A DNA stretch of 64,000 nt from Patescibacteria group bacterium (GTDB lineage: Bacteria; Patescibacteriota; WWE3; UBA101185; 2-01-FULL-41-18): assembly GCA_038064575.1 (NCBI GenBank), contig JBBTST010000003.1, positions 6,751 to 70,750 on the forward strand, written 5' to 3'. Of the stretch, positions 20,122 to 29,327 are shown piece by piece. The notes under the pieces were generated by a model. The model searched no databases. It saw only the letters and a program-made list of their open reading frames with translations, and was not told the origin of the DNA. Within the stretch, counting starts at the first letter, position 1; every line of letters starts with the position of its first letter. The translations under genes were made by a program, and so were the position numbers.

Positions 20122-21543
20122 TTAAGGTTCAATGATTTTAAGTGTTGCTGTTGCTGTCCAAGATTGTTTTGCGGAACCTAAGGCAGAGGCATTAATGGGA
20201 TTGAAATATTCGTAAAAACCCCCATTAATATCAAGAGAGTTTATTATAAGACTTAGGCTATCCTCCCTAATTAACTTTGAGGCATCTTTAAACCCATAGT
20301 GATCAAGCCCATCTGAAATTAGCTCATTTGTGATTATCCATATGGGACCTCTCCAATATCTATTAGGCTCAAAGGCAGGACCCTCACTTGGAAAGGTGCT
20401 TGGAATAATGTGCTTAATTCTTGAATCTTTTCTCAAAAGAGCTATCTTGCCCTCAATTGCTAAAGCTTTTTCTCTAGAAATTTCCCTGCTAAACACTGGA
20501 GCTAAACCTGACACCGTTTCAACTTCAATCAAAGTCCCATCAAACAAGTCCTTTGTTAAATACATCCCATGTTTTTCAGACCAAAGATTATCAAGACCTT
20601 TTTTTGTGACGTTAAGCCATTGCTTTAACTTTCCTAAAAGCACACCATCAGTTAGTCCCAGTAAATTGTAAAGTTCAAGAAGAGAACTATTTGACCTTAA
20701 AAGGATTGCGTTTGTCATAGGGTCAAGAACTCTAAAGGGCGATTTTTTAAGGATTGTTTTCTCATCCCAACCCCAGATTCCATATAGATAAATTAACAAA
20801 AGGTAAATATCATAATGCGGGTCAACCGGTCTCTGGCTGGGAGCAATTATTTTTGTATCAACTCTTTCATATTTTATTTCAATTTTTCTAAGCCAGTTTT
20901 CCATTAACTCGGTGAGACTTCCCAGCGTAGCACTATCAACTCTTATCCGGTCATAAAGTCTATCCCACTTTGGAGAGTTGTCATCTCCCGCTTCCCAAGG
21001 GTGGATTGTAACCACACAACCTTCAAACACACGGTTGGCATAGATATAGTTATGATAGTTGAAAACCTTGTAGAAAAATTCCGTGAAAAGGTTCTTGGTA
21101 GCATCTGTGAAAGAAAGCTTTTTTGCCAACTCCAAAAGACCATAACCCATGTTTGGCGGTTGTGTAATTCTTGAAATTATTTCTCCGCTTTCCGGTAGAG
21201 AGCCGGTTTTGTAATATATTTCCGGGGGGGGGAAATACTCCTTCTTTTTTAGTATGTCTCTGTTGTATCTTATGTGTCCGCAAAAACCGTTTGCCTGTTG
21301 GGCATTCAAAAACTTTTGCACGTCCTTTAATGATTGATCTGTATTTAAATTCCAGGCAGCTATAAAAAAAGTGTCCCACAACCATTGAAAAGGGTATAAA
21401 AATCTCTCCTCATTTTCTCCATTTAGTTTCATTTTACCGGAGGCTGCGGTATAGCCACTATCCTCAAAGCCGGTCAAAACATTTTCTTTGAGAGTCCTTT
21501 GTGCTAACTCCTTTAGTTGTTGAAGTGCATCTTTATTAGGCAT
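20122..21543 (-). CDS. GH63/MGH1-like (alpha/alpha)6 glycoside hydrolase (glucosylglycerate/mannosylglycerate hydrolase or trehalase-like)
   Basis: YPFQWLWD, ITQPP, HPWEAGDDNSPKWD, YWRGPIW, FYEYFNP, QSWTA. Confidence 0.87.
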   Translation of the reverse strand: MPNKDALQQLKELAQRTLKENVLTGFEDSGYTAASGKMKLNGENEERFLYPFQWLWDTFFIAAWNLNTDQSLKDVQKFLNAQQANGFCGHIRYNRDILKKKEYFPPPEIYYKTGSLPESGEIISRITQPPNMGYGLLELAKKLSFTDATKNLFTEFFYKVFNYHNYIYANRVFEGCVVTIHPWEAGDDNSPKWDRLYDRIRVDSATLGSLTELMENWLRKIEIKYERVDTKIIAPSQRPVDPHYDIYLLLIYLYGIWGWDEKTILKKSPFRVLDPMTNAILLRSNSSLLELYNLLGLTDGVLLGKLKQWLNVTKKGLDNLWSEKHGMYLTKDLFDGTLIEVETVSGLAPVFSREISREKALAIEGKIALLRKDSRIKHIIPSTFPSEGPAFEPNRYWRGPIWIITNELISDGLDHYGFKDASKLIREDSLSLIINSLDINGGFYEYFNPINASALGSAKQSWTATATLKIIEP

Positions 21544-21648
21544 CTTTGCAATATATATGTTACATGGTAGCTCTTTTGATAAATGAAAGGGAAGAGGGTT
21601 TTTGGTTTTGGGTAGTTTTAACCTATAATAAAGTTATTGGAGGTGTAT

Positions 21649-22530
21649 ATGTTACGTGTAGGCAAGCAAAATTCTTTAACCTATTCTCAAAACTTTCTTA
21701 AAAGCTCCAGGCTTGTTAAACATCTTTTGCAGGAGTCGGGAATTTTGCCAACCGATCTGGTAGTAGAAATAGGCGCAGGACATGGAGAAATTACACTGGA
21801 ACTGGCAAAGGTAGCCGGGAGGGTTATTGCCTATGAACCCGACCCCACCCTTTACACTTTTTTAAAAAAGGAACTTCAAAAGGATTCTAATGTAACTCTT
21901 ATACCAAAAGACTTCCTGAAAGCAAACCTTCCGGATAAGGAATATAAAGTTTTTGCAAATATTCCCTTTTCCAAGAGCGCTCAGATTATTGATAAGCTAA
22001 CCAATACAAAAAATCCGCCCGTTAGCTCCCACTTAATAATACAGCGTGAGGCGGCATACAAACTGTTGGGGCTACCAAAAGAAACCCAAGTATCCCTTCT
22101 TCTTAAGAACTTATTTGCTATGAAAATTAACTACGCTTTTAACTCCTCAGATTTTGAGCCTTCCCCCAAAGTAACAGCAGTAATGCTTGAGATTATTAAA
22201 AAGCACACGCCTGATGTTGAAGACAACAATACTTATCAGGATTTTATTTCTTTTGTTAAAAGCAGAGAAAACCCATCCCTTTCCAAAACATTAAGGACCG
22301 TTTTTACCAACATGCAAACCAAACTTATTGAAAAAGAGCTGAAGGGCATTACTAAAACCTCACAACTAAGTTATTCCCAATGGTTGTTTTTATTTAAAAC
22401 TTTTGAGCGTTATGAAGACGGTAAGCACAGCAGACAAATTAAAGGCTACTTTGGTAAATCAAAGCTTCAACAGGAGCATATTAAAAAGATTCACCGGACA
22501 AGGCTTGATAGTAATTGGTTTAGAGGCTGA
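21649..22530 (+). CDS. Erm-like rRNA adenine N6-methyltransferase (Erm/KsgA family)
   Basis: YSQNFL, VVEIGAGHG, FANIPF, F.PSPKV, LSYSQWL.LF. GGAGG SD before ATG 21649. Confidence 0.82.
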   Translation: MLRVGKQNSLTYSQNFLKSSRLVKHLLQESGILPTDLVVEIGAGHGEITLELAKVAGRVIAYEPDPTLYTFLKKELQKDSNVTLIPKDFLKANLPDKEYKVFANIPFSKSAQIIDKLTNTKNPPVSSHLIIQREAAYKLLGLPKETQVSLLLKNLFAMKINYAFNSSDFEPSPKVTAVMLEIIKKHTPDVEDNNTYQDFISFVKSRENPSLSKTLRTVFTNMQTKLIEKELKGITKTSQLSYSQWLFLFKTFERYEDGKHSRQIKGYFGKSKLQQEHIKKIHRTRLDSNWFRG

Positions 22531-22622
22531 TAGAATGTGCGACTTTAGTTTCATATAGAAACAGGCAAGTCGCCAACCTTTGGGTGGATCTACTTATGGA
22601 ACCAGTAAAGGTCACTCTGGCA

Positions 22623-22880
22623 TTAATACTTTCTGAATAGCCAGATGAATAGAACCCCCAGACCCCATCCAAAAAGCATCACTCTCAAAAACAGCGCGAG
22701 AGCGAACAAGGTAGATCCTTCGTCGGGACTTGTTAAGTACACAATGGGTCCGAGTAGGATCCAGAGAACCAACAGTGGTTTTACCCACTTTAGCAAGCGC
22801 TCTCTCCTCAACCGATAACCCATGAGGTTTGCCATGCCCAAACCTACAACCAGCAAGATAGCTGGTAGAAAATCTTCCAT
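22623..22880 (-). CDS. Small orphan membrane protein
   Basis: Three hydrophobic helices; GGAGG SD before ATG 22880. Confidence 0.6.
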   Translation of the reverse strand: MEDFLPAILLVVGLGMANLMGYRLRRERLLKWVKPLLVLWILLGPIVYLTSPDEGSTLFALALFLRVMLFGWGLGVLFIWLFRKY

Positions 22881-22944
22881 CTTAACCTCCAACTTGTTGG
22901 TCTTGCCCCAAGTATTCCGGGTTCAACCAAACTCAACTGCCCTG

Positions 22945-23184
22945 CTAAGCGCTTTTCCACAAAGAAATTATGAGAAGTGCCAGCAGTAAAAAACCAAGCA
23001 CAGTGAGATATATCATCACCAGGGGGTTACCCATCAAAGCCTGCTGAACCAGCATGAGGAGTAAACCCAAAAGCGTGACTACTATAATCAGGCTCCCAAT
23101 GATTATTGTCAAAACTACCGGAATAAGCAGAACAAAGATCAAGCCCTGCACTAACCGGACTAAAGATGAGCTAATCTTGCCCAT
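22945..23184 (-). CDS. Small, very hydrophobic membrane protein
   Basis: 79 aa, almost entirely aliphatic; AGGAGG SD. Confidence 0.6.
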   Translation of the reverse strand: MGKISSSLVRLVQGLIFVLLIPVVLTIIIGSLIIVVTLLGLLLMLVQQALMGNPLVMIYLTVLGFLLLALLIISLWKSA

Positions 23185-23265
23185 TTATGCCTCCTAAGGA
23201 TAGTTATCCGAGTTTTCGTTATCTTATCAAAAAATATGAGAATTATCAATGCTATGGGATATATG

Positions 23266-23341
23266 TGGTGTGCCCGGAGGGACTTGAACCCCCGACTTTA
23301 GCGTCCGCAACGCTACGTTCTATCCGCTGAACTACGGGCAC
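23266..23341 (-). tRNA. tRNA-Arg(GCG)
   Basis: Reverse complement GTGCCCG-TA-GTTC-AGCGGATA-GAAC-G-TAGCG-TTGCGGA-CGCTA-AAGTC-GGGGG-TTCAAGT-CCCTC-CGGGCAC-A-CCA. Confidence 0.95.
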
Positions 23342-23427
23342 AAACAAGCAAAAGCCAGGCAAATAACAATCAAGGTTTTCAGATGAAGTTTAACACAGAA
23401 GACTTATAAAATTCCTTTGCGGAGAGC

Positions 23428-24012
23428 TCACTCCAACGAAAGCTTAGAGGAAACTTTCTTGTACACTTTTTCTAGCATGGTTTCAGGTGGGGTTTCTCTC
23501 ATGGAGATGTTCTGGGACAAGATGTCCTTTATCTGATCGTAAGATACGCCGTCTAAGATCAACATCATTCTGCCTGGATAAGGCTCTTTTGTATCTATGT
23601 TAAGTATGTCAAAACCCGCATCCTTAGTGAAAAAGAAAAATTTGAAGTCATCCCAATAATACTGGCTCCCAAGGTAAAAAAGCCCGTAATTGTCTATCTC
23701 ATGTTTTACTTTTTCAGGGGGCACATTTGTTAAAACGTAGTACAAAACGCCAAGACTAAAAATGACTACAGCCAAAAGCGGAAGTCCAGCAAGCACCAAA
23801 ATAAGCGAGACTACAATAATCAAAGACCAAAGTCTTTTATAAAAAACAGGCGTTCTGGGCACAAAAGGCCTTAAAGGGGAAGACCAGGACAAAACAATAC
23901 TTCTAGAGGGCGGGACGGTCTTTCTGTCAAGAGCACGCCTGGAAGATTCCTTAACCGGAATATCTCTTGAGGGGGGGATAAAAGCGTTCAAAGTTGTTTT
24001 TAGTATATCCAT
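23428..24012 (-). CDS. Two-TM protein with C-terminal PH-like domain (CPR-type, DUF5673-like)
   Basis: LSWSSP.RPF, two TM helices, VPPEKVKHEIDNYGL..G...Y.W..F..F. The upstream in-frame ATG lies inside the tRNA, so the start is taken at 24012 (AAGGAG SD). Confidence 0.75.
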   Translation of the reverse strand: MDILKTTLNAFIPPSRDIPVKESSRRALDRKTVPPSRSIVLSWSSPLRPFVPRTPVFYKRLWSLIIVVSLILVLAGLPLLAVVIFSLGVLYYVLTNVPPEKVKHEIDNYGLFYLGSQYYWDDFKFFFFTKDAGFDILNIDTKEPYPGRMMLILDGVSYDQIKDILSQNISMRETPPETMLEKVYKKVSSKLSLE

Positions 24013-24027
24013 AAATCTTAAACTCCT

Positions 24028-24115
24028 TGGCGGAGGGTACAGGATTCGAACCTGTGGCCGCATAAAATACGGCACGGCTTAGCAAGCCGTTGCATTACCG
24101 CTCTGCCAACCCTCC
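24028..24115 (-). tRNA. tRNA-Ser(GCT)
   Basis: Reverse complement GGAGGGT...ACGGC-TT-GCT-AA-GCCGT, long variable arm, GGTTCGAATCC, ends GCCA. Confidence 0.96.
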
Positions 24116-24178
24116 ACAGAAAATTTGAATCCAGGACCTCCTACTTACTAAAATACAACAAACTAGAAAGTTTTGCAC

Positions 24179-24895
24179 CTATTTATTGTAAATAAAGTCA
24201 GAGGCTCTGGCCAAACTGAAGCACATAACAAATCGGGCCCCTGCAGCCTTCAATACCTTGGCACATTCTATAAAAGTTGCCCCGCTTGTGCAAAGATCAT
24301 CAACAAGGATAACATCTTGCCCTTTAAGCTTTGCTAAAAACGCTGAGGGCACTTCAAAGGCCCCACCAACATTGGCAAATCTGGCAGCTTTAGAAAGCTC
24401 CGATTGATACAAAGTTTTCTTTTTCCTAACAAGGAAGGGACAAAACTTATGCTCTGAAAGTGCTTTGGCTATAACATCAGCCGGGTTAAATCCTCTGGCA
24501 TGCAAGCGATCCTTGCTAGAAGGAACAGGGACAATCAGCGCATCTTGAGTGACAGCATTTTTTAAAAAACTACAAGCTGTTAAATCCAAAGCTATCTTTG
24601 TTAAAAGCTCAAGATTATAAAAGCTCATTTGCCCAAACTTTGAGGAAACAATTAACTTTTTAATTACGCCCTCATATAAAAAAGGGGAAAGCAGCTTTTC
24701 CGGAGTGAAAAAGGTCAAACAGCCAACATGAGTAAAACCGTTTTGACAAAAAGTATTACAAATCACACACCTTGGATGAAAATTAAAAGGCGCACTTTTA
24801 ATACAAACAGAACACAAAATGGTCCCCAGGCGCCCGCATGTCAAACACTTTGGAGGATATATAACATCAAGAAGAGTTGTAAACAGTTTATCCAC
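24179..24895 (-). CDS. comF: ComF family competence protein (zinc ribbon + PRTase)
   Basis: YPPKCLTC..CSVC, VPVP...RGFNPA, ILVDDLCTSGAT. Confidence 0.9.
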   Translation of the reverse strand: MDKLFTTLLDVIYPPKCLTCGRLGTILCSVCIKSAPFNFHPRCVICNTFCQNGFTHVGCLTFFTPEKLLSPFLYEGVIKKLIVSSKFGQMSFYNLELLTKIALDLTACSFLKNAVTQDALIVPVPSSKDRLHARGFNPADVIAKALSEHKFCPFLVRKKKTLYQSELSKAARFANVGGAFEVPSAFLAKLKGQDVILVDDLCTSGATFIECAKVLKAAGARFVMCFSLARASDFIYNK

Positions 24896-25032
24896 AAACT
24901 TTGGGAGGTTGTCCTAGCGGCTTTAAGCTAACACATATCCTATAATAGCGGCATCATTAAATCTTATAGTATTATACTGTTTTTTAAAACTTTTTAAAGA
25001 CTCAAAATCTATTAAATGTTAGAATTTGCCTT

Positions 25033-25725
25033 ATGGATCAGAAGAAAGGCGCTTTTTTAGACATAGATCAAACTCTCTACAACGGTTATCTTTTTTACGA
25101 ATGGGCTAAGCAGCTTGAATCTCAGGACGTATTTTCTGTCCTTGATATTGTCAAAATGGATGAGCCTCTCATTCTTTATAAGATTGGGCATTACTCCTAC
25201 ATTGAAGCTGCAACCAAAGTGTCCGAGTGCATTGCAGACATGTTAGTTGGCAAAGAGGTTGATGAGGTTATTGCTGCCACCCAAAGTTTCACACAAAAGA
25301 TTGGCAACAAGTTTTATGAATATGCAAAACCTCTTACTGAAAAGCTTAAAGACAGCGGGTTTTTAATAGTGCTTGTTACAAATGAGCCCGACTTTCTTGC
25401 TGAAATGATCAAAGACATCCTTGGCGCACATGATGCACTAGGACTTGACTTCACAATTAAGAGAAATAAATTTGCCGGTCCGGCTATAAATGATCTGGCA
25501 ACAGAACACGCAAAAGAGGCTATAGTTAGAAAATATGCTCAAGATTCTGGGATAGATCTAAATGTATCGCTTGCAATGGGGGATGCTGAATCAGACGTAG
25601 AAATGCTAAAAGCCTGCGGAAAGGGCTTTTTGATCAATACTTCTGCCAAAATGCAAAAACACACTGAGGGAACCAATATAATTTCAATAAGTAGGGAAGA
25701 AGTTCTTAGTAAAGTTTTTTGTTAA
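25033..25725 (+). CDS. HAD-IB (SerB-like) phosphatase
   Basis: FLDIDQTL (motif I), LVT, K, and AMGDAESDVEML. Confidence 0.85.
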   Translation: MDQKKGAFLDIDQTLYNGYLFYEWAKQLESQDVFSVLDIVKMDEPLILYKIGHYSYIEAATKVSECIADMLVGKEVDEVIAATQSFTQKIGNKFYEYAKPLTEKLKDSGFLIVLVTNEPDFLAEMIKDILGAHDALGLDFTIKRNKFAGPAINDLATEHAKEAIVRKYAQDSGIDLNVSLAMGDAESDVEMLKACGKGFLINTSAKMQKHTEGTNIISISREEVLSKVFC

Positions 25726-25738
25726 GTTTCATTTTTTT

Positions 25739-26908
25739 ATGAAAATTTTAACTTGTATTGCTGTGGGAACTCTTCTTACTTTAAACCTGGTAACTTTCTT
25801 ATTTCTCCTGGACCTAGTTCCTCAAAAAAATCTCTCAAATATATACAAACCAAAGGAGGTTTTGGATTTCAGCGCCTTTTATACGGCGGCACACATAATC
25901 AACTCGGGAGAGGTTGGGAATTTGTACAACCAGGAGCTGCAACTTAAAGTTCAGAATGAAAAAATTCCCCCACCCACAAGGTCTACTCCCCTGACATTTA
26001 GAAACCCGCCCATTGTTGGTTATTTGTTTCTGCCTTTCTCGGTTCTAGACTACTCTTCCTCTTACAAGCTTTTTCTTCTGATGAATCTTCTAATTATATG
26101 TTTTGCACTTGTTATAACCTGCAAGACTTTTGAAATAAAGAATAGTGTAGCTTTAGTTGTTGGTGGGGCTTTTTATCCTTTATTTGCAACTCTCTACTGG
26201 GGACAGATTTCCTCGCTAGTTTTTTTAGGCATTTCTTTAAGCTTTTACTTTTATAAGAAAAAGCTGTTTTTGTTTAGCGGCGTATTTGCCAGCCTTGTTT
26301 TTGTAAAACCGCAATTTCTTTTGTTTTTGCCCCTTGTTTACTTTGGGCTAAAGGCAGGAGAACAAAGAAAACTTTTTTTCCTTGGAGCATTTGGAGCTCT
26401 TTTGGTTGTTGCCCTAACAAGCGTTTTGCTTCTGGGAAGCGATGGCGTGTGGGCGTATCCAAAGTTTGTGACTTCAACTGAAAGGCTTACTGCCGGAACT
26501 GATACCACTTTTTTGTATACAATTTCCGGAGCCTTTTACAAATTCTTTGGAAGAGAAAGAGGTTTTATACCCGGACTTATAACTTCTGCTGCTGTTTACT
26601 CAATCTCACTTCTTAAACTTGCAAAGAAATCATTCAAGCAGGATCTACTCAACCCAAAAATAATTCTCATAATTGTCCTCACAACACTCCTTACTTCAAT
26701 GCATGCTCTTATAGCGGACTATTTAAGCCTCATTATCCCAATACTTCTATTCCTTAAAAAACCCAAGTGGGTGGCACTTTTCTTATTTGTGTTCTCTTCC
26801 ATTTTAGCGGATAGTTTTGTTTTTATAGGCTCACTTATGCTTACGGCACTTCTTATTAGGGAAACTTTAGAAAGACCTCTTAGAGTTGGGAAGGCGCCGC
26901 TTCACTAA
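25739..26908 (+). CDS. GT87 (DUF2029)-like membrane glycosyltransferase
   Basis: DFSAFY.AA...G..LY, F.NPP, WGQ, VKPQ; polytopic. Confidence 0.8.
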   Translation: MKILTCIAVGTLLTLNLVTFLFLLDLVPQKNLSNIYKPKEVLDFSAFYTAAHIINSGEVGNLYNQELQLKVQNEKIPPPTRSTPLTFRNPPIVGYLFLPFSVLDYSSSYKLFLLMNLLIICFALVITCKTFEIKNSVALVVGGAFYPLFATLYWGQISSLVFLGISLSFYFYKKKLFLFSGVFASLVFVKPQFLLFLPLVYFGLKAGEQRKLFFLGAFGALLVVALTSVLLLGSDGVWAYPKFVTSTERLTAGTDTTFLYTISGAFYKFFGRERGFIPGLITSAAVYSISLLKLAKKSFKQDLLNPKIILIIVLTTLLTSMHALIADYLSLIIPILLFLKKPKWVALFLFVFSSILADSFVFIGSLMLTALLIRETLERPLRVGKAPLH

Positions 26909-27620
26909 AATACTCGTTTGCACCCATCAAAAGTACATAAAACCCCAAGGGAATAAATTTATGAGGAAAGGCGCTTCTAAAAGAGTAAAGTTGGCTTTTG
27001 TGTGCATAAAGAGCTCTAATTTTATTAAGGGTGTGTTTTCCTACAAATATTTTGTGTGTTGGAGTACTTCTTCTCTCCTTAAACTTTGCGTCTTTTGCCA
27101 TGTGCTCAGGAAGTTTGATACTTTTTAATTTCTCAGGCGGGAAACTTAAGTACCAAAGTTTAGTTTTTGTGGATTTTGAGGCTATAAGAGTTGTGATGAT
27201 TTGTGAGACTGCTATATGGTCTTCATGACCGTAGAGACCGGAGAGATCATAAGTTACAACTAAGTCAGGGTTTTCTGCTGTGAGAAGCGTTGAAAGATAG
27301 TTGTTAAGCGCTTCCTTTTTTACATTAAGTTCCCCATCACCAAAATCCTCCTGGATTAGCATTGAAGCCCCAAGGATTTTTGCGGATTTTTGCATTTCTT
27401 TTACTCTTATGTTTGCAAGAACTTCATCTTTTCCTCCCAAAGGACCGCCTGCCTCTCCCTTTGTAAGAACGCAAAGAGCAACTTGACAGCTGCTAGCTGA
27501 AAGGGCACCAATTAGGCCCCCGCAACCAAGAATTTCATCATCAGGATGAGGAAAGATAAACAGCGCTTTTTCAAAGTTTGGAACTTTTATGGTTGGGACT
27601 AAAGACTCAGCAAAAAACAT
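26880..27620 (-). CDS. PIG-L/LmbE family N-acetylglucosaminyl deacetylase
   Basis: FPHPDDE, T.GEAG, R..E, GLYGHEDH, AHKSQ. ATG 27620 lies 6 nt after TATACT. Confidence 0.88.
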   Translation of the reverse strand: MFFAESLVPTIKVPNFEKALFIFPHPDDEILGCGGLIGALSASSCQVALCVLTKGEAGGPLGGKDEVLANIRVKEMQKSAKILGASMLIQEDFGDGELNVKKEALNNYLSTLLTAENPDLVVTYDLSGLYGHEDHIAVSQIITTLIASKSTKTKLWYLSFPPEKLKSIKLPEHMAKDAKFKERRSTPTHKIFVGKHTLNKIRALYAHKSQLYSFRSAFPHKFIPLGFYVLLMGANEYFSEAAPSQL

Positions 27621-27725
27621 CTTCAAAGTATAGTATAAAAAAACTCTTTCTTGTCATTACTTTTGTGAAATGCATCAAAATTCTCTTTGTGTTAGATTTG
27701 CCACACAGGAGAGAAAGGAATAGAG

Positions 27726-28100
27726 ATGAGAAAAGTTTCTTTGTACAGAAGAAGTGTGTCTTGGCCACTTCGTAACTTAATTGAAAGCTTTGACTTTGGA
27801 GCCCCTATGAGAGGAGATAAGGGATGGCTGGACCCGGCCACAAGCCCTCTTATTCTTATCCCCTGCATTGTTTTGGGAATCCTTTTGGGCCTTGGGGCAA
27901 ATTTAATCGGAAGGGGTGGGATCACTATGACAGGGGTCGTAACAGTATCTCTTCTGATCTACCTCTTTGGTTATGTAATAGACGGCCTTCTGGCCGGAGC
28001 AAGCCCAATGCCAACTAACACCAAATTTCCCTTGCTATCCCTTCTTTGCGGAACGCTGTTGGGTTTGGCATGGTTGGCTTACAAAATCTTAACTGCTTAA
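27726..28100 (+). CDS. Orphan three-TM membrane protein
   Basis: GAAAGGA SD, hydrophobic segments, followed by a GGGGTG...CACCCC hairpin. Confidence 0.6.
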   Translation: MRKVSLYRRSVSWPLRNLIESFDFGAPMRGDKGWLDPATSPLILIPCIVLGILLGLGANLIGRGGITMTGVVTVSLLIYLFGYVIDGLLAGASPMPTNTKFPLLSLLCGTLLGLAWLAYKILTA

Positions 28101-28248
28101 TAGTTGGGGTGTTCCTCCTGGCACCCCACTTTCAATCTTGTATAAAATGTATAAAAATTCCCGGAGTTCTATATTGGGTCAATTGCTTGTGGAGTTCCAT
28201 TGGGACAAACCACCTGGTGGCAATCTCAAAGAGTCTGAATGAATCCTC

Positions 28249-28285
28249 AAACGGTTGTATTCGGAAAACATGAATACAACCGTTT
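28249..28285. terminator. Perfect 14-bp hairpin between convergent genes
   Basis: AAACGGTTGTATTC-N9-GAATACAACCGTTT. Confidence 0.6.
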
Positions 28286-28336
28286 TGTGTAAATTTTCCA
28301 AATTTAGGATTTGCTTCTCCTAAACTAAATGTCCAT

Positions 28337-28609
28337 TTAGTTCACAGCTTCTATGCGCTTTATCCGACCGGTAAGAAACATCTCCCCACTTGGTTTTTTT
28401 AAAAGCATTGGATAGCTTGGCAGTAATTCGTCATGAACCACCCACGCTCTACGACCATCCTCATCTCCGCTTCCCAATAATACGCATCTGCTAAACAAGA
28501 GTTTATCCCCTTCCTTAATAATGGTCCGCCACCCTTCCTCATCTGCCTCTCCCAACAGGTAAACAGATCCTGAGACCGTTGTAACTTTCAATGGTTTACT
28601 TTGATCCAC
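28337..28609 (-). CDS. Small hypothetical protein
   Basis: 90 aa, AGGAGG SD with a GTG start; beta-rich (VTTVSGSVY). Confidence 0.6.
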   Translation of the reverse strand: MDQSKPLKVTTVSGSVYLLGEADEEGWRTIIKEGDKLLFSRCVLLGSGDEDGRRAWVVHDELLPSYPMLLKKPSGEMFLTGRIKRIEAVN

Positions 28610-28786
28610 TAGAACCTCCTAAGGGTTTGTTTTGTTATAACCCCCATTTTAGCGATTTTTCACTTTAAAGCAAAAAGAATAATACTGATCAACAAAACCA
28701 GATATTGGAATTATCCTCATGAAACCTGTCTAGGACGCGATAGATGCCGTACACCTGATTTGAGAGGTGTATGAAAGGAAACGGCA

Positions 28787-29122
28787 ATGAAGATACAAAT
28801 GAGGCAGCTAGGTATAGCTTTAGTTTTTGAGTTACCTAAAAGCTTCCGCTATTTTGTTGAACATGAGGTAAGAACCAGTGACTCTATTGTTTGGCTTGTA
28901 GGTGGCGAAGCCACAACAGGGCTTGATGTCCACCACCAACCGGATAAGCCAACCCAACCCGAAGTTTCCCACGGGATCTGGGAAGATGGTAATACGCCTC
29001 ATAAAATCGTGGTAGACGGGGAGGAACTTAGGTTCTCAAGTTCCTTGCCCATAAACCCCGGAAGTGTAATAACACTTCATTTAGCTGATCAGGAAATCGA
29101 GTTCCAGGTCGAGGCAATGTAA
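28787..29122 (+). CDS. Small hypothetical protein
   Basis: 111 aa, AAAGGA SD, followed by a terminator hairpin. Confidence 0.6.
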   Translation: MKIQMRQLGIALVFELPKSFRYFVEHEVRTSDSIVWLVGGEATTGLDVHHQPDKPTQPEVSHGIWEDGNTPHKIVVDGEELRFSSSLPINPGSVITLHLADQEIEFQVEAM

Positions 29123-29132
29123 CGGACAACTA

Positions 29133-29172
29133 GCTTCGGTTTCTTCAAAAAAAGAGCCGAAGCACGTTTTTT
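29133..29172 (+). terminator. Intrinsic terminator
   Basis: GCTTCGGTTTCTT...AAGAGCCGAAGC followed by a T-run. Confidence 0.6.
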
Positions 29173-29327
29173 TATGGGGTAAAGAGCAGTACAACAGTTT
29201 TTTCCCCACCAAAAACTCCAAATGAACGAGTATTTCTTGCTTTAAAACTCTTACAACCTCTGTTTGACACTAGATTTCACCTTGGTATCATTACCTAAAA
29301 TCTTAATTTAGATAAGGAGAAATACCA

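Noticed and set aside
24888-24896. Perfect DnaA box TTATCCACA overlapping the comF start (another at 562-570)
   Set aside because: An isolated 9-mer that is largely dictated by the codons GTG GAT AAA. There is no cluster, and chance is sufficient.
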